Part shown: piece after piece, positions 54,497 through 64,000 of the stretch | Numbering within the stretch: position 1 is the first letter of the stretch | Layout: the number at the start of each line of letters is the position of its first letter | Source: Acetobacteraceae bacterium | GTDB lineage: Bacteria > Pseudomonadota > Alphaproteobacteria > Acetobacterales > Acetobacteraceae | Reading direction: 5' to 3' | Assembly (NCBI GenBank): GCA_041487355.1 | Contig: JBGPND010000001.1 | Location: 17,791 to 81,790, forward strand | DNA: 64,000 nucleotides | Notes under the pieces: model-generated | What the model was told of the DNA's origin: nothing | What the model saw: the letters and a program-made list of their open reading frames with translations, nothing else | Databases searched by the model: none | Program-made: the position numbers and the translations under genes

Positions 54497-55789
54497 TCAG
54501 GCCGTCGGGAACTTGCAGTTGTCGGCGAGCGGATGCAGGACCTCGGACGGCGGAGAGGTGTGCAGCAACTTGTAGAGATCCCACGGACCCTTGCTCTCGT
54601 CCTTGGTCTTGATCTGGAACAGATAGGCCGGGAACTCGCCACGCCCGTCGCCGCGAATCCGTCCCGGACCGAACGCATCGTCTTCGGTCGGGATCGACTT
54701 CATGTGCGCCACGATTGCCCGGCCGCTCTTCTTGGCATTCGCGGCACCCATCGACTGCACCGACTTCAGGTAGTGCAACGTTGCCGAGTAGGAACTGGCG
54801 TGCGCCTGGTTCGGGTAGTTGTTTGGCGACCTGGTCAGCAGCCGCTTGGTGAAGGCGCGCGTCCGGTCGTCGCGATCCCAGTAGAATGTCTCGGTGGTGG
54901 TCAGCCCCGCGCAGACTTCCAGACCGAGCGAGTGCACGTCGGTGATGAACAGCAGCAGCGGCACGATCTTCATCTTCTTGTTCAGGCCGAACTCGGCGGC
55001 CTGCTTGATGCAGTTCTGCGTATCGAGACCGGCGTTCGCCAGACCGAGCACATGCGCCCCGCTCGCCGCCGCCTGGGTGAGATAGGAGGAGAAGTCTGTG
55101 GTGTCGGGGAACGGATAGCGCAGATCGCCCTTCACCTCACCGCCGCCCTTTCTCACCACATCGGCCGTCAGCTCCGCGAGCGACTGGCCAAGTGCATAAT
55201 TGGCGGTGATGAAGAACCAGGACTTGTTGCCGGCGGCCATCAGCGCGCCCCCGGTCGAGTGCGCATTCTCGTAGGTGTCGAAGCTCCAGACGATGGAGTT
55301 CGGACTGCACTGCTCGTAGGTGAGCGCCGCCACGGTGGCGGACGCGTTGAGCATCATCTTGTCCTTCTCCTTCGCCACCTGCGCCACCGCGAGGGCCACG
55401 GAAGAGGTCAACACATCGGCTGCGACATCGACGCCCTGGTCGAACCACTGCCGCGCAATGGACGCGGCGACGTCGGGCTTGTTCTGGTGGTCGGCGCTGA
55501 TCAGCTCGACGTCGAAGTCGATATGCGAGCGCATCTCCTCCACGGCGAGCTGTGCCGCCGCCACCGAAGTCGGTCCCGTATTGTCGCGGTAGGTACCGGA
55601 GAGATCGGTCAGCACGCCGATCGTGATCTTCGGCTTCGCCTGCGCCCGGGCGCGCGCGATCGGCACGGTAGAAAGGGCGGCGGCGCTGCCCAGAAGGTTG
55701 CGGCGTGAAAGCTGCCTGGACGGATCACTCCTCGTGTTCGTTAAAGCAAGTGCGGAATGCGCCCGGCTGAGCGCCCGGCGCTGCTGCAT
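54497..55789 (-). CDS. ABC transporter substrate-binding protein (branched-chain amino acid/LivK-like)
   Basis: Tat-like signal SRRNLLGSAAALSTVPIARARA, then ...KITIGVLTDLSG...; 430 aa. Confidence 0.82.
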   Translation of the reverse strand: MQQRRALSRAHSALALTNTRSDPSRQLSRRNLLGSAAALSTVPIARARAQAKPKITIGVLTDLSGTYRDNTGPTSVAAAQLAVEEMRSHIDFDVELISADHQNKPDVAASIARQWFDQGVDVAADVLTSSVALAVAQVAKEKDKMMLNASATVAALTYEQCSPNSIVWSFDTYENAHSTGGALMAAGNKSWFFITANYALGQSLAELTADVVRKGGGEVKGDLRYPFPDTTDFSSYLTQAAASGAHVLGLANAGLDTQNCIKQAAEFGLNKKMKIVPLLLFITDVHSLGLEVCAGLTTTETFYWDRDDRTRAFTKRLLTRSPNNYPNQAHASSYSATLHYLKSVQSMGAANAKKSGRAIVAHMKSIPTEDDAFGPGRIRGDGRGEFPAYLFQIKTKDESKGPWDLYKLLHTSPPSEVLHPLADNCKFPTA

Positions 55790-55822
55790 TCTGAGCGGTG
55801 GGTTGCCGCCGCAGTCAAGCCG

Positions 55823-58039
55823 TCAGGCGAAGCGGCCGGAGCGGGGGAAGCCGTTCGGTGGCAGCCGTCCCGCCTGTGCGCGTTCAGCGATCCAGTCGCG
55901 CAGATTCGTCTCGGTGCGCGTCTTTTCGCCGAGCCGCCAGGTCAGGCCATCGGCGAGCCGGAACACCTTCGCATCCGCCAGCCCGCCGTCGCGGTAACGC
56001 TGCAGGATCACGCCGCCGCCGCGCGCCATCTCGGGCACCTGTTCGAGCGGGAAGATCAGCAGCTTGCGGTTGCTGCCGACGACCGCGACGTGGTCGCCAT
56101 CCGCCGGGACGCAGAGCGCGGCCTCCTCGCCCGGTCTGAGATTCAGCACCTGCTTGCCGGTGCGTTTTTCCGCCGCAAGCTCGTTCGCCGGCACGACGAA
56201 GCCGCGGCCCGACGACGAGGCGATGAGATATTTCTGGCCTTCGGTCGGCACGAACAGCGCGGCGACATCGTCCTCGTTGGTCAGGTCCGTGAGCAGGCGC
56301 ACCGGCTGGCCGTCGACGCGGCCACGCGGCAGGTCGGCGGCTTTCAGCGTGTAGGCGCGGCCATTGGTGCCGAACAGGGTGAGACGATCGGTCGTCTGAC
56401 AGTGCACCAGGCGCTTCAGCCGATCGCCCTCCTTGAAGCGCAGCTCGGCGGCATCGCCGGTGTGACCCTTGACCGCGCGAATCCAGCCCTTCTCGGACAG
56501 AATGACGGTGATCGCCTCGCGTTCGACGAAGGCATCGCTGGCCACTTCGACAGCGGATGGCGGGACGCCGAGTTCGGTGCGCCGCGCGCCCAGTGCACCG
56601 GAGCCGAATTTCTGCCGCGTCTCTTCGAGTTCGTCGGCAATCCGCTGCCAGCGCAGCGCATCGCCCTTCAGCAGCGTCTGGATGTCCTTGCGCTCCGTGG
56701 CCAGCGACTTGTGCTCCTCGCGGATTTCCATCTCCTCGAGCTTGCGCAAGGAGCGCAGGCGCATGTTGAGGATCGCCTCCGCCTGAACATCGGTCAGCTT
56801 GAAACGCTGGATCAGTCGCGGCTTCGGTTCGTCTTCGTTGCGGATGATACGAATCACTTCGTCGACGTTCAAATAGACGAGCAGGTAGCCGTCGAGGATT
56901 TCGATGCGGCGCTCGATGGCAGTGAGCCGATGGCGCGAGCGGCGGACCAGGACCTCGTGGCGATGTTCGAGCCAGGCGCGCAGCACCGCGGGAAGCGACA
57001 TCACAAGCGGCGTGCGCGTCGCGTCCAACACGTTCATGTTCAGCGGGAAACGTGTTTCCAGCGCGGTCGCGCGGAACAGCGTCTCCATCAGCACTTCCGG
57101 CTCGACGCTGCGCGATTTGGGTTCGAGCACGAGGCGCACCGTCTCGGTGCTTTCGTCGCGCACATCGCCGAGCAGTGGCAGCTTGCGCTCTTCCAGGAGC
57201 TGGGCGATCTGCTCGATCAGTCGCGCCTTCTGCACCTGGTACGGGATTTCCGTCACCACGATCTGCCAGGTGCCGTGCTTGGCCTTCTCCACCGCCCACT
57301 TGGCGCGGACGCGAAACCCGCCGCGCCCTGTCTCGTATGCCGAGAGGATCGCCGCCGGATCTTCCACCAGCACGCCGCCGGTGGGGAAATCCGGCCCAGG
57401 CATATGACGCAGCAAGTCGGCTGTCGTCGCCTGCGGATTGCGGATCAGGTGAATGGCGGCGCCACAGATCTCGCCGGCATTGTGTGGCGGGATCGACGTG
57501 GCCATGCCCACCGCGATGCCGGCCGCGCCGTTGGCAAGAAGATTTGGAAATGCACCGGGCAGAACGACCGGCTCGCTCTCTTCGCCATCGTAGGTGGGGC
57601 GAAAATCGACGGTATCCTCGTCGATGCCGGAGAGCAGGGCGCGGGAAACCTCGGTCAGTCGCGCCTCGGTGTAGCGCATGGCTGCGGCGTTATCGCCGTC
57701 GATATTGCCGAAATTGCCCTGGCCCTCCACCAGCGGGTAGCGCGCCGCGAAATCCTGCGCGAGCCGCACCAGCGCCTCGTACACCGCGACGTCGCCGTGC
57801 GGGTGGAACTTGCCGATCACGTCGCCGACGACGCGGGCGCATTTCTTGAAGCCCGCCGAGGGGTCGAGCCGCAGCAGATGCATCGCGTAGATCAGCCGCC
57901 GATGCACCGGCTTCAGCCCATCGCGCACATCCGGCAGCGATCGTGACATGATGGTGGACAGTGCATAGGCGAGATAGCGCTCGGACAGCGCGTCCGAAAG
58001 CCGCGTGTCCTCGACATGCCCGATCAGGTCATCCGGCAT
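55823..58039 (-). CDS. parC: DNA topoisomerase IV subunit A
   Basis: ...[32 protein letters not shown]...KFHPHGD...AAMRYTE (catalytic Tyr)...; 738 aa, ParC-size rather than GyrA-size. Confidence 0.9.
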   Translation of the reverse strand: MPDDLIGHVEDTRLSDALSERYLAYALSTIMSRSLPDVRDGLKPVHRRLIYAMHLLRLDPSAGFKKCARVVGDVIGKFHPHGDVAVYEALVRLAQDFAARYPLVEGQGNFGNIDGDNAAAMRYTEARLTEVSRALLSGIDEDTVDFRPTYDGEESEPVVLPGAFPNLLANGAAGIAVGMATSIPPHNAGEICGAAIHLIRNPQATTADLLRHMPGPDFPTGGVLVEDPAAILSAYETGRGGFRVRAKWAVEKAKHGTWQIVVTEIPYQVQKARLIEQIAQLLEERKLPLLGDVRDESTETVRLVLEPKSRSVEPEVLMETLFRATALETRFPLNMNVLDATRTPLVMSLPAVLRAWLEHRHEVLVRRSRHRLTAIERRIEILDGYLLVYLNVDEVIRIIRNEDEPKPRLIQRFKLTDVQAEAILNMRLRSLRKLEEMEIREEHKSLATERKDIQTLLKGDALRWQRIADELEETRQKFGSGALGARRTELGVPPSAVEVASDAFVEREAITVILSEKGWIRAVKGHTGDAAELRFKEGDRLKRLVHCQTTDRLTLFGTNGRAYTLKAADLPRGRVDGQPVRLLTDLTNEDDVAALFVPTEGQKYLIASSSGRGFVVPANELAAEKRTGKQVLNLRPGEEAALCVPADGDHVAVVGSNRKLLIFPLEQVPEMARGGGVILQRYRDGGLADAKVFRLADGLTWRLGEKTRTETNLRDWIAERAQAGRLPPNGFPRSGRFA

Positions 58040-58778
58040 CCTGTTGCTCCGATTCGGCGGCCAGTGCCGCCACGCGGTCGTATAGCATCCGCCGCGCCGC
58101 CGGCAGGGGCCGGTGGTGATGACCGAACGCGTCGCGCTCCAGGAAGTGGCCCGTCAACCCGAGCCCGTCGCGCCAGTCCGGTGGCGCCGCTTCGTTGCCT
58201 CCGGCCAGGAACGACGGCAGGCGCAACAGACGCGATGTCCAGATGCCGGCACCCGCCGCGGTGACGGCGCGGCCGGTCTTCGGCGACACGAATGCGAGGC
58301 CGGCCGTCTCGCCGGTGACCGCACAGCTCGTCAGGTCGAGCCCGTAGCCAAGCTCGGCGAGCAGTACCGCCTCCCAGCGGATCAGGTCGGTGAGCATCCC
58401 CGGGCCCTGCGGAAGGTGCGCGATCAAGTGCAACAAACCCTCGAACACCCGCGGATGTGGCTCGCGTTCCGGCAAGGTGCCTTCCGCCACGGCGCAGGCC
58501 GCGGACAGCATCGCCAGCCCGAGCGGATCGTCCATGGCGAGAGCGGCACCGGGGTGCACCAGTTCCGCGCTGAAGCTGCCAAGCTGATCCGCCAGTCTTG
58601 CGACCCAGCGCGCCTGCACGAGGTTGCCGGGCTGCCATATCGCCGTGCGACTCCGCGCGCCACCGCCGCGTGCCAGGCCGCGATGGGCGCCGTGTTCCTC
58701 GGTCAACACCGTGGCGATGGCGTCGCCTTCACCGTACGGGCGTGCGTCGAGCACGATAGCGGGCGCGTCCCACTCCAT
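58029..58778 (-). CDS. recO: DNA repair protein RecO
   Basis: [39 protein letters not shown]... then an OB fold and a helical domain; 249 aa. It overlaps the parC start by 11 nt. Confidence 0.88.
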   Translation of the reverse strand: MEWDAPAIVLDARPYGEGDAIATVLTEEHGAHRGLARGGGARSRTAIWQPGNLVQARWVARLADQLGSFSAELVHPGAALAMDDPLGLAMLSAACAVAEGTLPEREPHPRVFEGLLHLIAHLPQGPGMLTDLIRWEAVLLAELGYGLDLTSCAVTGETAGLAFVSPKTGRAVTAAGAGIWTSRLLRLPSFLAGGNEAAPPDWRDGLGLTGHFLERDAFGHHHRPLPAARRMLYDRVAALAAESEQQDAG

Positions 58779-58830
58779 GGCGGCTACCGGCTAGCAGCTT
58801 TCGGGCGGCGGAGCGATGGCCGGCTGTTGC

Positions 58831-59100
58831 CTACAGCCAGTGGAATCCGTGGGCCATGGCACCGAAACCACCGAGCATGGCAGCGAAGCCACCGAGCATG
58901 ATGCCAACCAGCCAACGGAAGTCGGCGCGCTGGTCAGTCACGACGGTATCGATGCGCCGGTCCATCGAGTCGAGCCGCAGCTCAATCCGCTCCAGAGCAG
59001 CGGACGTGGTCCGGGCAATCTGTTCCAGCACGGCGACGCGCGCTTCCATGGATGCAGGATATCTGCCCGGGTCAGGCGGTTCAATGGTCGCGTCGGGCAC
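58831..59100 (-). CDS. tail-anchored coiled-coil membrane protein, paralog 1
   Basis: GTG 59100 with GGAG 8 nt upstream. (M)PDATIEPPDPGRYPASMEARVAVLEQIARTTSAALERIELRLDSMDRRIDTVV...RADFRWLVGIMLGGFAAMLGGFGAMAHGFHWL; 89 aa. Confidence 0.65.
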   Translation of the reverse strand: MPDATIEPPDPGRYPASMEARVAVLEQIARTTSAALERIELRLDSMDRRIDTVVTDQRADFRWLVGIMLGGFAAMLGGFGAMAHGFHWL

Positions 59101-59179
59101 GGTATTCACTCCAGCACGCCCGACAATGCCCAGGACGCATGAAGAGAAAGCCCTACGCACATCCGATGGCGGCAGCCAC

Positions 59180-59524
59180 CTACAGCCAGTGGAACCCGTG
59201 TGCCATGACGCCAAGCAAGGCCCCGGTCTGCGCCAGCATCAGGCCGAGCAGCCAGCGGAAATCCGCGCGATGCTCGGAAGAGAGCGCATCAAACCGGCGA
59301 TCGACGGCGGCGAACCGACTCTCGAGCCCGGTGAACCGGCCGTCCATTGCGGTGAACCGGCCCTCCATTGCGTCGAACCGGCCTTCCAGTGTGTCGAACC
59401 GGTGCTCGATCCGCTCAAGGCTCGCGGCCGTTGTCCGGGCGATCTGTTCCAGTACTGCGACACGGCTCTCCATGTCGGCAGGATACCGGCCGCTTCCTGA
59501 CGGTTCAACAGGGGTGTCGGGCAT
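59180..59524 (-). CDS. tail-anchored coiled-coil membrane protein, paralog 2 (expanded heptad repeats)
   Basis: ATG 59524 with GGAG 8 nt upstream. MPDTPVEPSGSGRYPADMESRVAVLEQIARTTAASLERIEH-(RFDTLEG RFDAMEG RFTAMDG RFTGLES RFAAVDR RFDALSS)-EHRADFRWLLGLMLAQTGALLGVMAHGFHWL; 114 aa. Confidence 0.7.
   Translation of the reverse strand: MPDTPVEPSGSGRYPADMESRVAVLEQIARTTAASLERIEHRFDTLEGRFDAMEGRFTAMDGRFTGLESRFAAVDRRFDALSSEHRADFRWLLGLMLAQTGALLGVMAHGFHWL
59285..59410. repeat. 21-bp (heptad) tandem coding repeat, about 6 units
   Basis: On the plus strand, GAACCG (AAACCG in the first unit) recurs every 21 nt at about 59291, 59312, 59333, 59354, 59375 and 59396. It encodes RF(D/T/A)xxxx heptads on the minus strand. 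Confidence 0.85.
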
Positions 59525-59574
59525 GCGGACCACTCCTTCCGCTCCCGACCTACCGGCAACCAGTGAACGAACCG

Positions 59575-60465
59575 CTACCCCGGATCCTGCAGCCCGATCG
59601 CGCGCAGCCGTGCGGTTTCCTCGTCCCACCCGGCGCGATGCTTCACGTTGAGGAACAGATGCACCTTGCGCTCCAGCAGGGTTGCCAATTCCTCCCTCGC
59701 CTTCGCGCCGATCGCCTTGATCCGCTTGCCGCCCTCACCGATCAGGATCGCCTTGTGGCCCGCACGCGAGACGTACACCGTCGCTTCGATCCGTACGGAG
59801 CCATCGTTGCGCTCCTGCCAGTTCTCGGTCTCCACCGTCGTGCCATACGGCACCTCCTCGTGCGTCTGGAGGAAGATCTGTTCGCGCACGATCTCCGCCG
59901 CCAGCAGCCGGTCCGGCAGATCCGTCAGATCGTCATCGGGGTAGAGATGCGGTCCCTCCGGCACGGCAGCCGCCAATGCATCCGCCAACTGCTCGATGCC
60001 ATCGCCGGTCGCGGCACTCACCATGAAGGTCTGCTCGAACGGCGTCAGTGCCGTGAGCGCAGCGGTCAGCGGCAGCAGCTTCGGTGCCGGCACGAGGTCG
60101 ATCTTGTTCAACACCAGCCAGCTCCGCCGCTTCCGCGCCGCGAGCTTCCCGGCGATCTGGCGCACCAAATCGGTTGCACCGGTCTTCGCATCCACCAGCA
60201 GCAAGGTCAGGTCCGCGTCCTGCACGCCCGTCCAGGCCGCCGCCACCATCGCCCGGTCCAGCCGGCGGCGCGGCGTGAAGATGCCTGGCGTGTCGACCAG
60301 CAACACCTGGCTCTCGCCGCGCATCAGGATACCTAGCACGCGGAACCGCGTGGTCTGCGCCTTCGGCGTGACGATGGACAGCTTCGCGCCGGTCAGCCGG
60401 TTGAGCAGAGTGGACTTGCCCGCGTTCGGCGCGCCGGCAACGGCGACGAAGCCGCACCGCGTCAT
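59575..60465 (-). CDS. era: GTPase Era
   Basis: I chose ATG 60465 (MTRCGFVAVAGAPNAGKSTLLNRL...). DTPG, NKID and a C-terminal KH domain are present; 296 aa. It overlaps the rnc stop by 4 nt. Confidence 0.92.
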   Translation of the reverse strand: MTRCGFVAVAGAPNAGKSTLLNRLTGAKLSIVTPKAQTTRFRVLGILMRGESQVLLVDTPGIFTPRRRLDRAMVAAAWTGVQDADLTLLLVDAKTGATDLVRQIAGKLAARKRRSWLVLNKIDLVPAPKLLPLTAALTALTPFEQTFMVSAATGDGIEQLADALAAAVPEGPHLYPDDDLTDLPDRLLAAEIVREQIFLQTHEEVPYGTTVETENWQERNDGSVRIEATVYVSRAGHKAILIGEGGKRIKAIGAKAREELATLLERKVHLFLNVKHRAGWDEETARLRAIGLQDPG

Positions 60466-61139
60466 GCCCCAAGCACCCGCAACAGCTCCTGCGCCGCGAA
60501 TTGTTCGGCTGCGCGCTTGCTGCCGGCCGTGCCGGACCCGGTGAACCCGCCCACTGTCACCGTCACGACGAACTCCGGCGCATGCGGCGGGCCGGCGCGC
60601 GACGCAACGACATACTCTGGCAGCCCCAACCCGCGCGCCTGCACCCATTCCTGCAATGCGGTCTTGGCATCCTTCGGCGGTTCCTCCTGTGCATTCATTA
60701 CACCGGCCCAGGCACGCCGCACGAAGTCACGCGCCCGCTCGAGCCCGCCGTCCAGATAAAGCGCGCCCAGCGCCGCTTCCAGGGCATCGGCCAGCACGGT
60801 GGCGCGCCGCCGCACCCCGGCGCGCGCCTCGCCCGGCGCCACGGACAACGTCTCACCGAGCCCGATCTCTTCCGCCACCGCCGCCAGCACCGGCTGGGAA
60901 ACCAGCAACGCCAGCCGGCGCCCGAGATCGCCCTCCTGCTCACGCGGAAACCGTTCGGCCAGCCACTCCGCGACCAACAGCCCGAGCACGCGATCGCCGA
61001 TGAACTCCATCCGCTCGTTGGAGCTTCTGCCACGCTCGCGGCCACGGCCAAACAGTGCGGAGCGATGGGTCATCGCCTCGCGCAACAGTTCGGGACGCGT
61101 GAAATCGTGTCCGAGGATGGCCTCGATCGGTGTGGTCAA
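60462..61139 (-). CDS. rnc: ribonuclease III
   Basis: ...ILGHDFTRPELLREAMTHRS...ERMEFIGDRVLGL... then a dsRBD. I chose TTG 61139, 12 nt after the lepB stop (225 aa). ATG 61217 and GTG 61199 are alternatives that would overlap lepB. Confidence 0.88.
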   Translation of the reverse strand: MTTPIEAILGHDFTRPELLREAMTHRSALFGRGRERGRSSNERMEFIGDRVLGLLVAEWLAERFPREQEGDLGRRLALLVSQPVLAAVAEEIGLGETLSVAPGEARAGVRRRATVLADALEAALGALYLDGGLERARDFVRRAWAGVMNAQEEPPKDAKTALQEWVQARGLGLPEYVVASRAGPPHAPEFVVTVTVGGFTGSGTAGSKRAAEQFAAQELLRVLGA

Positions 61140-61150
61140 CGCCGGCCCAC

Positions 61151-61903
61151 TCAGTGGAGGCCCATCGCCAGCCGACTCCAGCGGATCTCGAATGGCCACC
61201 ACCAGAATTCCCACCACGGATCGACCGCATCCACCGAGAAGAAGATGATCTCCGCGCGTCCGACAAGGTTCTCCACCGGCACGAAACCGACGCCGTTCAT
61301 GAAGCGGCTGTCCGCCGAATTGTCGCGATTGTCACCCATCGCGAACACATGGTCGGGCGGGACGAGGAATTCCGGCGTGTTGTTCATCTCGCCTTCGTCG
61401 GTCGCCTTCAGGATGTCGTGCTTCACGCCATTCGGCAGCGTCTCCCGGTAGAGCCGCAGCACCATGTGGATGCCGTTGTCGTCGGCGACATAGTCGCCCT
61501 CAGGCTGGCGCGGACAGAGCTGGCCGTTGACATAGAGTTGGCCCTGGCGCACCTGGATACGGTCGCCGGGCAGCCCGATGATGCGCTTGATGTAGTCCGT
61601 TGAATTGTCGCGCGGATACTTGAACACGGCCACGTCGCCCCGCTTCGGCAGGCGTTCGAAGATGCGCCCGGAGAACGGCGGCCAGCCAAACGGCAGCGAG
61701 TAGCGTGAATAGCCGTAGCTGTATTTCGACACGAACAGGTAGTCGCCCACCAGCAGCGTCGGGATCATGCTGCCGGAGGGAATATTGAACGGCTCATAGG
61801 CGACAGTGCGCACCACGACGGCGATCAGACCGGCATAGACGAACGTCTTGATGTTCTCGACCCAGGCGCTCGGTTTGCGCTTGGCCTTTGCCTTTGTCGC
61901 CAT
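61151..61903 (-). CDS. lepB: signal peptidase I
   Basis: ...IPSGSMIPTLLVGDYLFVSK...RGDVAVF...YIKRIIGLPGD...GDNRDNSADSR...; 250 aa. Confidence 0.93.
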   Translation of the reverse strand: MATKAKAKRKPSAWVENIKTFVYAGLIAVVVRTVAYEPFNIPSGSMIPTLLVGDYLFVSKYSYGYSRYSLPFGWPPFSGRIFERLPKRGDVAVFKYPRDNSTDYIKRIIGLPGDRIQVRQGQLYVNGQLCPRQPEGDYVADDNGIHMVLRLYRETLPNGVKHDILKATDEGEMNNTPEFLVPPDHVFAMGDNRDNSADSRFMNGVGFVPVENLVGRAEIIFFSVDAVDPWWEFWWWPFEIRWSRLAMGLH

Positions 61904-62034
61904 ATGGGGAAGGGCTTCCGTCGATAAAATCCGGGCGGATCAAGCCCAGGGGTGGATGATGTGTCAAGCGAGCGGCCGGTCGCGCAATCCTGGCAGCGTC
62001 CCGTGGGAAACCAATGGTTAACGCGCGGTAGAGC

Positions 62035-62493
62035 CTAGTCCGCGTCGAACTGGCCGGGCTGCCCGCCGGCGGCCCGTTGCCGCGCCGTGAAGGCACGGAT
62101 CTCCGGCAGCGTGACGTAGGCCTTCCGGTCGATGTCGATCGCATCGAAGTTCTGCGCCACCAGCGGCATGCCAGCTTCCGCCTGCTGGCGCGTCAGGCGC
62201 CCGTTGCGCGTCACGTTGGCGGCGGCGAAGCGCTGCGCCAGCGCCCCGCCTTGCGCTGGGGAGACTGCGGCACCCGCCGGGCCTTGATACGCGCCTGGCT
62301 GTGCCGCGGGCGGCGCGCCATAGGGGCCAGTCGGATAGCCATACGGGTAGTAGGGGCTGGGATAGCGGTAGGCGTAGGGATAGCCGTAGTAGCCGCAGCA
62401 CGGCAGCCAAGCCCCGGTATAGGGATCGTAGACGCAGCCACCGAGCAAGACCGTGGCGGCGATCAGTGCCAGTGTCGCAGCAACTCGTCGCAT
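62035..62493 (-). CDS. lipoprotein with Tyr/Pro/Gly-rich segment and EF-hand-like C-terminal pair
   Basis: Lipobox VLLGGC, then CCGYYGYPYAYRYPSPYYPYGYPTGPYG. ...NVTRNGRLTRQQA... and ...DAIDIDRKAYVTLPEI... resemble bacterial EF-hand loops; 152 aa. Confidence 0.6.
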   Translation of the reverse strand: MRRVAATLALIAATVLLGGCVYDPYTGAWLPCCGYYGYPYAYRYPSPYYPYGYPTGPYGAPPAAQPGAYQGPAGAAVSPAQGGALAQRFAAANVTRNGRLTRQQAEAGMPLVAQNFDAIDIDRKAYVTLPEIRAFTARQRAAGGQPGQFDAD

Positions 62494-62506
62494 GGCTCGG
62501 TTCCCC

Positions 62507-62914
62507 TCACGTCGCCCGCATGGCCGAAATGATCACCTGGGCAAAGGCGTATGGGTATTCGTCGGTCATCGTCAATGCGACCGAGGCCACCATTCCCGGA
62601 GGCGTGATCGCCGCAAGCCGCGTTGCCGCGCCGCCGGTCATCTGCAAGGTCGGCTGGCCCGAGGGCAGGTTCACCACGCCCAGGTCGGAGAAGAACACCC
62701 CACGCCGGAACCCGGTGCCGAGCGCCTTCGCCGCCGCCTCCTTCGCCGCGAAGCGCTTGGCGAAGGTTGCCGCCTGGATCCTCTCGGTGCGGCTCGCCGC
62801 CTTCGCACGCTCGGTCGCGGTGAAGACGCGCGAAAGGAACCGCTCGCCATGACGCGCGATCGCCGCCTCGATGCGGCGGATATCGCAGATGTCGGAGCCG
62901 AGACCGAGGATCAT
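62507..62914 (-). CDS. acpS: holo-[acyl-carrier-protein] synthase
   Basis: [16 protein letters not shown]...[14 protein letters not shown]...; 135 aa. Confidence 0.92.
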   Translation of the reverse strand: MILGLGSDICDIRRIEAAIARHGERFLSRVFTATERAKAASRTERIQAATFAKRFAAKEAAAKALGTGFRRGVFFSDLGVVNLPSGQPTLQMTGGAATRLAAITPPGMVASVALTMTDEYPYAFAQVIISAMRAT

Positions 62915-62933
62915 GGCGGTGTTCAGTGATTTC

Positions 62934-63017
62934 TGTCATTGCGAGGAGCGCAGCGACGCGACAATCTCGGGGGCGTTCACTCCACGAGATTGCTTCGCCT
63001 TCGGCTCGCAATGACAG
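62934..63017. repeat. palindromic REP, family A
   Basis: tgtcattgcgaggagcgcagcgacgcgacaatctcggggg...ccacgagattgcttcgccttcggctcgcaatgacag, between spoT and acpS. Confidence 0.9.
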
Positions 63018-63048
63018 GTGCTGCCGCTCCTGACCACCGACCACGCAC

Positions 63049-64000
63049 TCATCCCCGTTCCACGCCCTTGACGCCGACCGCACCACGCAGGCCGGCGATA
63101 ACCTTCGACAGATGCGCAACGTCGCGCACGTCGACATCCACCAGGGCTTCGATGAAGTCCGGCTGGCGATTGACGATTTTCAAGTTGGCAACCGCGCCTT
63201 CCTGCTTTGCGATGGCATTCGTCAGGTTGGCGAGAGCCGTCGGCTCATTTGCCCCGATCACGCTGATCCGCGCGGTATGGCTGGGCGCCTTGCTGTCCGG
63301 GCGGCTGCCGAGCAGAGCCTCATGGTTCCAATCGACGTCGATGAAGCGCTCGGGCGTGGCGGCAAAGCTTGTCAGGGTCTGGCAATCGCGTGCATGGATC
63401 GTCACCCCCTTTCCGGTCGTGATGATGCCGACGATCTCGTCGCCCGGCACGGGATGGCAGCAGCCGGCGAAGTGATGGGCCATGCCCGGCACCAGGCCGG
63501 TGATCGGCATATCGAAATCCGACTTGTGCGAATGCCGGTTGTTCGCGCGCGGCGGCGGCGCGGGGATCATGCGCGGCGCACGCGGCGCTTGGCGCAGCTC
63601 CGGATAGGCGGCGTGCACCACATCCTTCGGGCCGACATTGCCGTTGCCGACCGCAATGTACAAATCGTCGACCGCGGCGAGTTTCAGCGTCTTCAACGCC
63701 GGCTCCAGCGCCTTTTCCGATCCATCGAGCCCAGCCTGGCGGAACGCCTTCGCGAGTTCCGCACGTCCCGCATCCAGGTGCTGCTGGCGCTGCTGCTGAT
63801 GGATGAAGCGGCGGATACGGGCGCGCGCCTTGCCCGTGACGACATACCGCTCCCATTGCGGCGAGGGCGTGCCGCCGCGCGCCGTCATGATCTCGACCTG
63901 GTCGCCGTTCTGCAACTGATGACGCAGCGGCAGCAGCCTGCCGTTGATCTTCGCGCCGACGCAGGCATCGCCAACCTGCGAGTGCACCGCATAGGCGAAG
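63049..64000 (-). CDS. spoT: bifunctional (p)ppGpp synthetase/hydrolase (RelA/SpoT family), C-terminal part; continues beyond the window
   Basis: TGS-region ...GAKINGRLLPLRHQLQNGDQVEIMT..., a CHPVPGDEIVGIITTGKGVTIHARDC zinc-finger-like region, and a C-terminal ACT domain (...IEALVDVDVRDVAHLSKVIAGLR...). Confidence 0.9.
   Translation of the reverse strand, partial: FAYAVHSQVGDACVGAKINGRLLPLRHQLQNGDQVEIMTARGGTPSPQWERYVVTGKARARIRRFIHQQQRQQHLDAGRAELAKAFRQAGLDGSEKALEPALKTLKLAAVDDLYIAVGNGNVGPKDVVHAAYPELRQAPRAPRMIPAPPPRANNRHSHKSDFDMPITGLVPGMAHHFAGCCHPVPGDEIVGIITTGKGVTIHARDCQTLTSFAATPERFIDVDWNHEALLGSRPDSKAPSHTARISVIGANEPTALANLTNAIAKQEGAVANLKIVNRQPDFIEALVDVDVRDVAHLSKVIAGLRGAVGVKGVERG

Overview
This window is 64 kb of a high-GC alphaproteobacterial chromosome. 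Gene order and REP families look Rhodospirillales/Acetobacteraceae-like, but I cannot name the species from sequence alone. About 75 genes can be supported. The backbone is housekeeping: (1) glyA-nrdR-ribD-ribE-ribB(X)-ribH-nusB ... thiL; (2) bamE and a yceD-like gene ... rpmF-plsX-fabH-ihfA-merR-tRNA-Pro(GGG); (3) mntH-mntR; (4) on the minus strand, spoT-acpS-...-lepB-rnc-era-...-recO-parC. The interest lies in what interrupts that backbone:
- comM is cut in half next to an AT-richer P63C-gene block at the left edge.
- A LysR-mgtA-DUF2237 block sits between nusB and thiL.
- Three small membrane/lipoprotein genes sit between the yceD-like gene and rpmF.
- An operon encodes a small protein, a YcbZ/LonC-like protease and a tandem USP-like protein.
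- An AT-rich islet carries a resolvase remnant, an Mrr-type nuclease and a PIN toxin-antitoxin pair.
- A second AT-richer islet carries what looks like an orphan small toxin/immunity pair.
- Two tandem paralogous tail-anchored coiled-coil genes lie between era and recO; one has an expanded 21-bp coding repeat.
- At least four interspersed palindromic repeat families are present. One has landed twice, in the same reading phase, inside a penicillin-acylase-family gene.
- Decayed genes are a 5'-truncated comM, a frameshifted cytochrome-c/beta-propeller gene, an internally deleted chemoreceptor and a resolvase fragment.
I found no CRISPR array, rRNA or intact transposase/integrase. No single locus is unambiguously a new system. 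The best candidates for follow-up are the toxin/immunity-like pair (49.9-50.6 kb), the era-recO paralogs (58.8-59.5 kb), the Lon-like operon (22.2-25.8 kb), the Mrr/PIN islet (38.8-41.4 kb) and the in-frame REP insertions (42.1 and 43.3 kb). All family assignments are from my reading of the translated ORFs, not from database searches.
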